Virus record (IMG/VR): IMGVR_UViG_3300029845_000007
Direction: 5' to 3' (one strand)
Source of the DNA: a virus
DNA: 64,000 bases
The notes under the pieces are model-generated. The model had not been told where the DNA came from, searched no databases, and saw only the letters and a list, made by a program, of their open reading frames with translations. Below are positions 50,379 to 59,537 of the stretch, piece after piece (within the stretch, counting starts at the first letter, position 1; every line of letters starts with the position of its first letter). Both the position numbers and the translations under genes were made by a program.

Positions 50379-51278
50379 ATGAAAGCTGTTGTAAATGATA
50401 AAAATCATCTAACTTTTGTATCTCATCTTAATGGAGTTACTATTGTTGAATCTAGTGGTTTTATTATCGATTTAGATTATCAATGTCTTACTTCTATTTG
50501 TGAGATTTCTGATATTGGTAATAATTATAGTATTGCTGAATCTAATAGAATCTCTGAATTAGAGAAAACTATTTCTGAATTAGAAGCCGATGTTGCTAAT
50601 AAGTCTACTCAAATTAGTAAACTGTCTAGTGAATTAAATCTTCGTGCTAGAGTTATTAGTGAGAAGAACGAAGAGATTGAACAACTTAAATCTGATATTA
50701 TTAAGTTCCAAGCTGATATTGCTAATTTTCAGGCTTGTGCTGCTAATGTTTCTGATATTGAATATGAACTGAATAAATGTCGTGAAACAAATAATGCACT
50801 TACAGAAAAGTTAGAAAGTAAAACTTCTGATTTAGCTGAAAGAACTTATTGGTTCAGATATTATAGACGAGCATTTCGTGCTGTTAAGGAGTATCTTAAG
50901 CCTAATGAAAAATATGGTTTAGATTCAAGCGGTTATAATATTGTTAATAGTATTGATAGTAAATTTATAATATCATTTAAAGATACAAGTATTGCTAGTA
51001 AAGCATTTAATGAGTTAAGATATTCTATTTCTCCAAGAACTGTATTACTCAAGTATGAAAATGATATTGTTGAATATAATGTCGATGCTATGAATATCTA
51101 TTTTATTGAAGCTAATACTCCTACGGTTATTCGTAAGTTTAATGATGAAAACTTTAGTATTACTTGTTGCGATGTTTATACTGCCGAGATTACTAATGCT
51201 CTTCTTAATTGTGGTTTTCCTGCTAGTGATATTGTTTCTACTTATAAATCATATATAGCATTTAGTAATATCAATTAA
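50379..51278 (+). CDS. Early protein with a central coiled coil (299 aa).
   Basis: First long plus-strand ORF after the control region. Confidence 0.6.
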   Translation: MKAVVNDKNHLTFVSHLNGVTIVESSGFIIDLDYQCLTSICEISDIGNNYSIAESNRISELEKTISELEADVANKSTQISKLSSELNLRARVISEKNEEIEQLKSDIIKFQADIANFQACAANVSDIEYELNKCRETNNALTEKLESKTSDLAERTYWFRYYRRAFRAVKEYLKPNEKYGLDSSGYNIVNSIDSKFIISFKDTSIASKAFNELRYSISPRTVLLKYENDIVEYNVDAMNIYFIEANTPTVIRKFNDENFSITCCDVYTAEITNALLNCGFPASDIVSTYKSYIAFSNIN

Positions 51279-51520
51279 TAAAATTATCTGTATTGTTTGG
51301 TATTTCAATTATTTATTTCTATACTTGCATCCGTATTAAACGATTATGATTATGTACGAAGAACAAGGCATAGAATTTCCTATTTGTGGTTTGATAGACG
51401 ATATAGACTATCTTGACTGTGAAATGGCTAATAATTGGAATACTGGCAATACTCTAAGTGAGAATAATATAGACCTTGACTTAGATATAACTCATATTGA
51501 AAATTAATTAAATAATAGTT

Positions 51521-51904
51521 ATGGAAGAAAATAATAAAGTTGATGTTCTTAGTAAGAAACGTCCTACTGTCAATGAGTTAAAGACAGAAGTTATTCGTTT
51601 ACGCAAAGATTTGGATAAATCTAATGCTGGTCTTAATCATTACAAATATACTTATGAGAAAGTTTCTAGCGAACAAAAGAATCTTATTGATAAGTGTTCT
51701 AAACTTGTTACTAGTAATAACTTTTTAGAAGCTAATAACAAGACTCTTAAAAATAGCATTGCATCTCTTGAAATTAATTTAGCTAAAGCTAAGAAGGATT
51801 GTGAAGAACTTAAAGCTAAGAATCAGTATAATTCTTCTGCATTTGTTATTGCAGCTATTATTGCTCTTGGTGCTGTTATTACAATGATTTTACGTTTAGT
51901 ATAA
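51521..51904 (+). CDS. Coiled-coil protein with a C-terminal TM anchor (127 aa).
   Basis: ORF. The C-terminus reads AFVIAAIIALGAVITMILRLV. Confidence 0.55.
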   Translation: MEENNKVDVLSKKRPTVNELKTEVIRLRKDLDKSNAGLNHYKYTYEKVSSEQKNLIDKCSKLVTSNNFLEANNKTLKNSIASLEINLAKAKKDCEELKAKNQYNSSAFVIAAIIALGAVITMILRLV

Positions 51905-52018
51905 TTCCGATATATACTTAATTTAATTCATATCTGACAAAAGGGTTAAATAATGTCGGTTCACTCTATTAAGATTATTCAGGTCGTGAGACTAGAGTAA
52001 TATTAGTAGAGTTTTTTA

Positions 52019-52570
52019 TTGTATAATTTAAAACTTACTATAATGAAAGAGATTATTAAAGCAATTATTGCTGCTAGTATGGGTTCTGATATTATTGATA
52101 AAGCTAAGAAAGAATTTCATAAACGCTTTATTAATGGAGAACTTAATAAAGAACTTATTAAAGATATTGAATCTATTAATGTGAAATCATTAAATCAACT
52201 TCTTGAAGATATTCTTGACGGTGAATATTCTATTGAAGATAAGGTTAAAGCTGTTGAACAATGGGATAGCATTATACTTCCTTATATCAAATATATTAGT
52301 GATATGAGAGATAGTGCTAAAGAATCTTATGATAAACTTCTTGCTAAATATGAAGCTAGTAAAGCTCCGATTTATTCTGTATTCTATTGTTCTGAAAATC
52401 ATCTTGTATTCTTAGACAAGAATGATAAGCTAAGAAAGTCTTTTAATGGTAATGCTAAAACTCTTTACTCTGGTAATAGTAAAGATGAAGCTCGTAGAAT
52501 ATGTGAATCATTTCTTAAGGATTGTCCTGATTTTTATTGTGTAGATTATACAAAGATATACAATAAGTAA
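52019..52570 (+). CDS. Hypothetical early protein (183 aa).
   Basis: ORF. Confidence 0.6.
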   Translation: MYNLKLTIMKEIIKAIIAASMGSDIIDKAKKEFHKRFINGELNKELIKDIESINVKSLNQLLEDILDGEYSIEDKVKAVEQWDSIILPYIKYISDMRDSAKESYDKLLAKYEASKAPIYSVFYCSENHLVFLDKNDKLRKSFNGNAKTLYSGNSKDEARRICESFLKDCPDFYCVDYTKIYNK

Positions 52571-52935
52571 TTTGCCAATTTTGTTTGTCTGTTTTAGTTA
52601 AACTAAAATTAAATTTTGTCGTATTGTAGTTTTATATCTGTTGTTTGTGAAGATAGTAGATATAGGTTTTATGGAATTCTAATAGTACTGTTCGTGAGAA
52701 TCGTGCTATTTCTTATGATAGCTCTGATGATGACTAATCTAAGTTGAAACATTAACCAAATGGTTGAAGTAAGGGAAATCCTCTTCATAAAATGTCAGCT
52801 ATAAATACATAGTATTGTGTTTAACATACAAGTTGCATTTACTGTCGTGAGACAGAAAAACTTTATTTGTCTTTTAATTTTTACCCCTAATTAAATTACT
52901 GTCGTGAGATAGAATTAGGTGTCAATAGTTTAATG

Positions 52936-52964
52936 GTAGGAGAGGAAGCGTCCTCTCCTTTTTA
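52936..52964 (+). terminator. Rho-independent terminator AGGAGAGGA-agcg-TCCTCTCCT followed by TTTTT.
   Basis: Perfect 9-bp stem and T-run. It ends a 426-nt ORF-free region. Confidence 0.65.
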
Positions 52965-52996
52965 ATTGATTATTAACTAAAAACTAATATACCGAC

Positions 52997-53317
52997 ATGG
53001 ATAAGAAAGAATTTACTAAATTGTTTAAAGAGTTACAGAAGATACAACTTAGTCTATTGTATAGTACTAAACTCTCTAGTGACCTTTATACTAATTGCAA
53101 TCTTAATAATACTTCTTATATTAGTATGTATCTATTTGTTCTTGATATTAATAGAAATATTGATGAAACACATAGTTACAATCTTTATAGCAATGATAGT
53201 ATTGATAAGAATAGAGCTGTTGTAAATGAAATTAAGCAAAAGGTTAAACAATTCACAACTCCTTTAAGGGGGAATAAAGCGAAGCGAAGCGGAGCGTCAG
53301 ATACTCCAATTAAGTAA
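52997..53317 (+). CDS. Hypothetical protein (106 aa). Its C-terminal 15 aa are encoded by a copy of the GC-rich element, so the true stop may differ.
   Basis: ORF. The repeat copy lies at 53261..53300. Confidence 0.3.
   Translation: MDKKEFTKLFKELQKIQLSLLYSTKLSSDLYTNCNLNNTSYISMYLFVLDINRNIDETHSYNLYSNDSIDKNRAVVNEIKQKVKQFTTPLRGNKAKRSGASDTPIK
53261..53300 (-). repeat. Extended copy of the GC-rich element in reverse orientation: CCTTTAAGGGGGAATAAAGCGAAGCGAAGCGGAGCGTCAG.
   Basis: Reverse complement of the 42388..42433 copy. Confidence 0.8.
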
Positions 53318-53404
53318 TAACTAAATACTAAACGTAAATGATTAAGAAGAAAATTAAATTTGGAAAAAGTGAGAAAAGTTACAAATTAGTAGCTTTTACT
53401 CTTA

Positions 53405-53779
53405 ATGTACTTGAAAGTATTAGTGTTAAACTTGTTAGAATGGAAGAAAGGAGACGTATTCCTAGTTATGCCGAAATTAAACGAGTTTAAACAAGATAAT
53501 GGTAAGCTCATTGTCACGACTGGTAAATGTCTAGTCTGTGGTGATGAGCTTCTTGTGTTTGGTACAGATGATATTTATATCTGTCCTAAGTGTAAAGAAA
53601 TATTAGATGCTGATAATTGTCTAGTTCTTGAAACAATGTTTGTTGAAGATGATAGAATAGTTACTGCAAGAAATTGTATTGTTCCTAAAGAACAAATGCA
53701 TACTAATGTTCCTATTATTTGTATGCCTTCTGATGAGTTTAATAAGTTATACGAAATATATAAAACTAAAGCTAATTAA
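53405..53779 (+). CDS. Zinc-ribbon protein (CxxC...CxxC, 124 aa).
   Basis: ORF. The segment reads CLVCGDE...ICPKCKE. Confidence 0.5.
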   Translation: MYLKVLVLNLLEWKKGDVFLVMPKLNEFKQDNGKLIVTTGKCLVCGDELLVFGTDDIYICPKCKEILDADNCLVLETMFVEDDRIVTARNCIVPKEQMHTNVPIICMPSDEFNKLYEIYKTKAN

Positions 53780-54032
53780 TATGATTGTAGATTTAAAACA
53801 ATGTGTTAATCCTGATAGTACTTTTGATGTATATTTTGAAGGACTTAAAGCTGTTATTTCTCATGATTTATGTGTTAATACTTATTATTGTATTATCGTA
53901 GATGTTCATAGTGATAGATGTTGTGAAATTACTCCATTACCTAGAATTATGAATACTGATAAATATAAGATATTCCCCCGTAAAGGAATGTGTTGCGTAC
54001 AGTATAGTGTTAACCAAATAGTCAAACCTTAA
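53780..54032 (+). CDS. Small Cys-rich protein (84 aa).
   Basis: The ATG at 53780 directly follows the upstream stop. The ORF-track entry 53679..54032 is the same frame extended upstream. Confidence 0.35.
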
Positions 54033-54036
54033 TATT

Positions 54037-54402
54037 ATGGGATTAAGTTTCAAACTATCAGCGGTAAATGAGGAACAGAAAATTCCTCGTGAGAAAGTAA
54101 TAATGCAGATTGTTACTGGAACTATCGTTCTACATGATAACATGTATAAGTTTAAACCTAAAGATAGTGATGAATTTATTACGTTATCTGAACGTTCGTA
54201 CTCATGTAAAGGTTTTAAGACAATATATACTCGTGCATTAGATAATTATGGTAGACCTACTAAAATTGTTAGATGTACTGATGCTTATTGTGTTATGCCT
54301 AGCTGTTATATTCCATTTAAGATAGGATTACCTGTTAAGGGTTATATACTTAAATGTCGTGATAATATTGATAGATTCTTACTAAAATGCAATGAATTTT
54401 GA
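54037..54402 (+). CDS. Hypothetical protein (121 aa).
   Basis: ORF. Confidence 0.5.
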   Translation: MGLSFKLSAVNEEQKIPREKVIMQIVTGTIVLHDNMYKFKPKDSDEFITLSERSYSCKGFKTIYTRALDNYGRPTKIVRCTDAYCVMPSCYIPFKIGLPVKGYILKCRDNIDRFLLKCNEF

Positions 54403-54883
54403 AAAGTTTGATGATGCTAAGAAAGACGATAAAGTCTTAAATAGTTTTACTCGTGACCAAAAGATTGCTTATGAAAACCTAGTAGCTTTTATTGAGAAAG
54501 GTTATGTTGCAGGTGATTATAAACGTGCTCTTATTGGCTCGGCAGGTACAGGAAAAACATATATGATACGTGAAGTAATTAGACGATGCGGATTATCTAA
54601 ATCCGTTATTGGTCTTGCAGCTCCTACACATAAAGCTGCTCGTGTACTTCGTGCATCTACTGGATATTCTACGTCTACTGTGGCTAGTGATTTAGGTTTA
54701 AGACTTAATACTGATGTTACTGATTTTGATATTAATAATCCTCCTTTTGACCCATTAGCTGAAAAGAAGATTAAGCAATATAAGTTATATATTGTTGATG
54801 AAGCGTCTATGATTGGTATTAATCTTAAAACTCTTATAGAAAGAGAATGTGAACAGTTTGGTTGTATGCTTATTTATATGGGT
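54392..54883 (+). CDS. SF1 (RecD/Dda/Pif1-like) DNA helicase, exon 1. It carries Walker A GSAGTGKT and Walker B LYIVDEASM.
   Basis: The motifs are read directly. The exon ends in ...ATG GGT, whose last nucleotide U is the group I 5' splice site. Confidence 0.7.
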
Positions 54884-56049
54884 AAATAGTTATTGCCCAG
54901 TTTAAACTCTTCTAATTGCTGGAAACTCGTGAAGGTAATAGTACTACAACATAAGTTGAAAAACTAAGTGTGAATGTTAGAAAAACTATTATTATATGAC
55001 AATCAGCAGCGAAGTCTCTAAATTATGTTCATTTACATAATAAGAGAAACGTTCATCGACTATCCCGTAAGGGAGTACAATTCTATGGAATTGGAAACGG
55101 AGAGAGTTGTATATTTGCAATTTACTCCTTATATTTACATAAATTTTTAAAATGTAAATATTATGAGCAAAAAAGAAACTCCAAAAATGTATGGTTTAGA
55201 ACATAAGTTAAATTCTAAGTGTGTTTATATTCATTTTATTAAATCTATTAATATTCCTATTTATATAGGAGAAGGAAATGTACAAAGAGCTTTTGATTTT
55301 ACTAATAGAAATAATAAATGGAAAGAACTAGTTAGCAATCTTAATGATGTTCATGTTGAAATAGTTGCTATTGATATTAATAAAGAAGAATGTGTAGAAA
55401 TAGAAAAGCAGCTAATAAAACTATATAAAGAAAGAGGATTTGAACTTGTTAATTGTAATAATGGAGGTAGTTGTATAGGAACTTTTGGAGAAGATAATTA
55501 TTTTTATAATAAACATTTGTTTGGTAAAGACAATGGTAATTATGGAAATAAATATTCTAAAAATCCTTTATCCATTGAAGTTATTCAGTTAGATATATTT
55601 GGAAATATTATTAAGAAGTGGAGTTCTGCACAAGAAGCAGAAGAAATAGGTGGATATATTGCTAGTTGTATTAATAGTTGTTGTAATGGTAAACGTCAAC
55701 TACACAATAATTATCAATGGATATTTGCTTATAATTATAATCCTAATAAATCTTATGAATATATTCCTAAAGGAACTTCTATGAGAATTTATTTAGCTAT
55801 TGGTATAAGAGATAATAAATCTTATATTCATGGTATATATAATTCTAGTAATGAACTTACTAATGAAGGATTTAATCCTAAACTAGTTCAACAAGTTGTT
55901 ACTGGTTATAAAAAGTCTCATAAAGGTTTTGCTTTTGTTGATTTCTTTAGATTAACTAAAGACCAACAAGAAAAATATAAAGAACAAGTTATTGCAAAAT
56001 TATATAGCTAAGATATAGTCAGACTATTATAGAAATATAGTAGGTTATG
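54884..56049 (+). mobile_element. Group I self-splicing intron (1166 nt) interrupting the helicase gene. It carries a GIY-YIG homing endonuclease ORF.
   Basis: Splicing at 54883|56050 rebuilds helicase motif III as GDNYQLQPV. The P1 helix pairs exon TGGGU with intron GCCCA (intron nt 12–16) through a U.G wobble at the splice site. The P10 helix pairs 3' exon GAUAAC with intron GUUAUU immediately 5' of the guide sequence. The intron ends in G (omega G at 56049). Confidence 0.7.
55163..56011 (+). CDS. GIY-YIG homing endonuclease with a C-terminal NUMOD3-like DNA-binding motif (282 aa).
   Basis: The segment CVYIHF...PIYIGEG has the conserved Arg and Glu downstream. SAQEAEEIGGYIASCINSCCNGKRQLHNNYQWIF matches a NUMOD3 motif. 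Asn/Lys-rich, T4 Seg/I-Tev-like composition. Confidence 0.75.
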   Translation: MSKKETPKMYGLEHKLNSKCVYIHFIKSINIPIYIGEGNVQRAFDFTNRNNKWKELVSNLNDVHVEIVAIDINKEECVEIEKQLIKLYKERGFELVNCNNGGSCIGTFGEDNYFYNKHLFGKDNGNYGNKYSKNPLSIEVIQLDIFGNIIKKWSSAQEAEEIGGYIASCINSCCNGKRQLHNNYQWIFAYNYNPNKSYEYIPKGTSMRIYLAIGIRDNKSYIHGIYNSSNELTNEGFNPKLVQQVVTGYKKSHKGFAFVDFFRLTKDQQEKYKEQVIAKLYS

Positions 56050-57015
56050 GATAACTATCAACTTCAACCAGTTAAAGAATCTCGTTCACGTTGTTTTGAT
56101 AATGTTAAGTTTTATACTCTTAGACAGATTGTTAGACAAGAAGAAGATAATCCTGTTAGTGAGTTATTAAAGATACTAAGAAAAGATATTGATAATAGGA
56201 GTTGGAAATTCCTAGAATATATCAATAAAAACAGATATGCTTTCGATTCAACTCAAACTAAAGGATATTATACTTGTGGTGCATACGAGTTTCAATCTCT
56301 TGTAATAGACGGATTTTATAATGAAGAGTTTACTAGAGATGTTGATACTTGTCGATTAATAACTTATACTAATAAATCTGTATCTGAATGGAATAAATTT
56401 ATTCGTAACAATATCATCGAAGGTAGTGATAAAGCAATTCTAACTCGTAATGATTTAGTAATGTCTTATAATACTTTTGTTGATGAGTTTAAAGATACTA
56501 TTATTGTAAATTCTGAAGATTATATAATACATGATATTAAGAATTTTACTAATAAAGATGAAATCTTTGGATTCAATGTTACGTTCATTCAAGTTAATGG
56601 TGGTAATAGAACTAAACCTTTATTTGTAGTAGACCATTCTAATTTAAATAATGTTATGCTTTATTATAAGTTAGGTGAAACTTATATTCAAAATGCAATT
56701 AATGCAGAGAAATATAATAGAAGTAAGCGTTGGAAGGAATACTATGACTTTAGAGAGAGGAACTTGTTACTAGTTAACTTATTAGATAGGTCTACTGGTA
56801 AGATTAAGTTTAGTCGTGACTTAGATTATGGATTTGCTCTTACAGCTAATAAAGCTCAAGGAAGTACTTATTTTGATGTATATGTAGATATAAATGATAT
56901 TGTATTTGATATGCGTACTGGTAATCCGTGGGGAAATATAGATGAAACTCTTCGTAGATTATATACTGCTTGTAGTAGATGCAAAAATCGTTTATATTTG
57001 TGTTACGGTAAATAA
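56050..57015 (+). CDS. SF1 DNA helicase, exon 2. It carries motif III (G)DNYQLQPV, motif V ALTANKAQGSTY and motif VI YTACSRCKNRL.
   Basis: The motifs are read directly. It is in frame with exon 1 after intron removal, giving a 486-aa product. Confidence 0.7.
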   Translation, partial: DNYQLQPVKESRSRCFDNVKFYTLRQIVRQEEDNPVSELLKILRKDIDNRSWKFLEYINKNRYAFDSTQTKGYYTCGAYEFQSLVIDGFYNEEFTRDVDTCRLITYTNKSVSEWNKFIRNNIIEGSDKAILTRNDLVMSYNTFVDEFKDTIIVNSEDYIIHDIKNFTNKDEIFGFNVTFIQVNGGNRTKPLFVVDHSNLNNVMLYYKLGETYIQNAINAEKYNRSKRWKEYYDFRERNLLLVNLLDRSTGKIKFSRDLDYGFALTANKAQGSTYFDVYVDINDIVFDMRTGNPWGNIDETLRRLYTACSRCKNRLYLCYGK

Positions 57016-57028
57016 AAAGTATAAGTAT

Positions 57029-59299
57029 ATGAGTTCTATGTGTTATGATGTCGAAGTAACTAGAAATTACTTCTCGGTAGTATTTGTTGATTTACGTAGT
57101 TATCTTAAAACATTTTCTGATTGTGTTGATAATGAGGGAAAAGCTATTCCTATTATTGATAAACTTAGTGTTACAGAGATAAAGAAACGTTTAGAAACAA
57201 TACCTAAGAAACGTTTTGTTTTATATGAAGATGATGATAGTGATTTATTTAATCTATTATATTGGTTAATACAGAAGGCAGATTACTTCGGTTATAATAA
57301 TCGTAAGTACGACCGCTTAATGTTAAGTGCATTATTAATGTATTATAATCAATTTGATAAACCTAGTAAACTTATTACATTTCTATATGAAACATCACAG
57401 AGAGTTATTCGTAATTCTAATAATGATACTCTTTGGACTGATAACTTCACTTCTCTTATACTGCGTAATAACGTGGCATTTCGAGACTTGGATTTATTCC
57501 AAATATTTAGGCTAGACCATTTTCATAAAAGTCTCAAACAGACTTCTATTAATATTAAATGGTATAATCTGAAAGAGTATACTATGCCACCTATTGGTGA
57601 CTTAGATAGACATTATTACCATGAGCGACTTCCCGAAGCTAAAAGCATGACAGATAGAGAACTTAATATCCATTATCGTAATGTGTTTGAAAGATTTATA
57701 CCTAAAGAATATCTTCAAGAAATGGCTGATTATAATGACAATGATGTTTATATTGTTGCCGAACTAATTAGAATGAATCAAGAAGAAGTTCTTCTAAGGT
57801 ATCGTATTAGTGAAGAATATAAGGTAGATGTATTCTCTGCAAGTAGAAGTACGATAGCTGATAAAGTTATTGTTAAGCTATATAGTAAGTTTACTGGTCT
57901 GCATCCTAAAGCCTTCATTGATACTAAGACAATACGTAGGAAAATCGTAGTTTCCGAAATTTTGTCAGATAAAATCGCATTTTCCACGCCTGAATTGAAC
58001 GATATTTTGTCAGACATACGTTCGCTAACCCTACGTGGGGAAAAGAGCGAATTTGACAGGGAATTTACCTTCATGGGCACGTCATACACTATCGCAACAG
58101 GAGGTTTACACTCAAACGAGATTCCGAACATTTATCGTAGTTCTGCTGATTATTCAGGTGCTACTGATATTACTATTGGTAATCCTTATGATAGTAATGG
58201 CAATATTGGAGTTAGTACTTCTGATATATATATTTGTGATTTTGATATTAATTCAATGTATCCTAATATTATTAGAAGTCTTAAAGTATGTCAGAAACAT
58301 CTACTTCCTAAGGCATGGTTTCGTATAGCTGATACTATTGTCGATGAACGACTAGAACATAAACATTTATCCAAAGATAAATCTCTTGATAGTAAAGAGA
58401 GAGATAAACATGCTACTGCTGCTGCTTGTCTAAAGATTGTAGCAAATGCTGGTATATTTGGTAAAATGGGTAGTGAACAATCTTTCTTGTGTGATAAGAA
58501 AGCAATGTATCAAGTTACTATTAATGGGCAATTATTTCTACTAATGTTAATAGAGAAACTTGAACTTGCAGGCATTCATATAATAAGTGCTAATACTGAC
58601 GGTATTGTTTCTATAATACCAAAAAATAAGTTTGAATTATATTGTAATATTTGTCACGAATGGGAGAAAGTAGTTGGATTGACAGGTGAATTTACTCCAT
58701 ATACTAAGTATGTTACAGAAGGAGTAAATAGTTATCTTACTGTAAAACCTAATAATGGTAGAAAATTCAAAGGTAGAATGAATCCTAAGATGTTCTTAGA
58801 GGATTTATCTAAAGGATATAATTCTCCTATTGTAGCTAAATGTGTTACTGAATACTTTATTAACGGTACTCCTGTTATGGAAACTCTTCGTAATGCTAAA
58901 TCTATTCTTGATTTCTGTCGTACTCAAAATGTTAATCATAAGTATAGACTAGAGTTTACTCACGTTGTAGACGGAAAGATAAGAACAGATGTGGTGCAGA
59001 GGAATACAAGGTTTTACATCTCCTCTACGGGGGGAACCCTCATGAAGGTTGAGAGTATAGGCTGGAACGATAATGGTGAAGAACAAGTTAAAAAGAGTTC
59101 TTTATGTGCAGGTCAACGTGTTTCTATATGTAATACTGTTGATGATACTGATATATCTGAACTAAATGTTAATTACTTATATTATTATAATGAAGCTATG
59201 GCTATTATTGAACCAATAGAGCAAAGTCGTAATAATAAAGGTAAAGGTAAACGTTTAGTTAAGAAATACTATGGAATGAGAAATACTTTGTTTGATTGA
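57029..59299 (+). CDS. Family B DNA polymerase with an N-terminal 3'-5' exonuclease domain.
   Basis: Exo I motif CYDVEVT, Y-GG motif SYTIATGG, motif A DFDINSMYPNI, motif B KIVANAGIFGKMG and motif C ISANTDGI. The start was chosen at the ATG at 57029 (MSSMCYDVEV). The longer ORF-track start at 56942 would overlap helicase exon 2. Confidence 0.75.
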   Translation: MSSMCYDVEVTRNYFSVVFVDLRSYLKTFSDCVDNEGKAIPIIDKLSVTEIKKRLETIPKKRFVLYEDDDSDLFNLLYWLIQKADYFGYNNRKYDRLMLSALLMYYNQFDKPSKLITFLYETSQRVIRNSNNDTLWTDNFTSLILRNNVAFRDLDLFQIFRLDHFHKSLKQTSINIKWYNLKEYTMPPIGDLDRHYYHERLPEAKSMTDRELNIHYRNVFERFIPKEYLQEMADYNDNDVYIVAELIRMNQEEVLLRYRISEEYKVDVFSASRSTIADKVIVKLYSKFTGLHPKAFIDTKTIRRKIVVSEILSDKIAFSTPELNDILSDIRSLTLRGEKSEFDREFTFMGTSYTIATGGLHSNEIPNIYRSSADYSGATDITIGNPYDSNGNIGVSTSDIYICDFDINSMYPNIIRSLKVCQKHLLPKAWFRIADTIVDERLEHKHLSKDKSLDSKERDKHATAAACLKIVANAGIFGKMGSEQSFLCDKKAMYQVTINGQLFLLMLIEKLELAGIHIISANTDGIVSIIPKNKFELYCNICHEWEKVVGLTGEFTPYTKYVTEGVNSYLTVKPNNGRKFKGRMNPKMFLEDLSKGYNSPIVAKCVTEYFINGTPVMETLRNAKSILDFCRTQNVNHKYRLEFTHVVDGKIRTDVVQRNTRFYISSTGGTLMKVESIGWNDNGEEQVKKSSLCAGQRVSICNTVDDTDISELNVNYLYYYNEAMAIIEPIEQSRNNKGKGKRLVKKYYGMRNTLFD

Positions 59300-59537
59300 T
59301 AAAATGGATATAGAAAAGATATGTATAGCTAATCTTGGAAAAGAGATTATGTATGGTAGACTTAAAGGAATGATAGTAGGTTATGATACTATATTAAAAT
59401 ATTTAATCATTTCTTTTACTAATAACTATGGTTGGAACTTTTTAATAGATAATAGTGTTATTCTATTAAATAGTCCTCTTAATCATAGTTATGTTCTTAT
59501 TAATCCTGAATATTATAAAGGACAACTTGTCTTATGA
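59292..59537 (+). CDS. Small hypothetical protein (81 aa).
   Basis: ORF coupled to neighbours by ATGA overlaps. Confidence 0.35.
   Translation: MIDKMDIEKICIANLGKEIMYGRLKGMIVGYDTILKYLIISFTNNYGWNFLIDNSVILLNSPLNHSYVLINPEYYKGQLVL

Noticed and set aside
57778-58131. Minus-strand 117-aa ORF inside the polymerase gene.
   Set aside because: It is the antisense of the GC-rich patch within an uninterrupted polymerase ORF that retains all its motifs.
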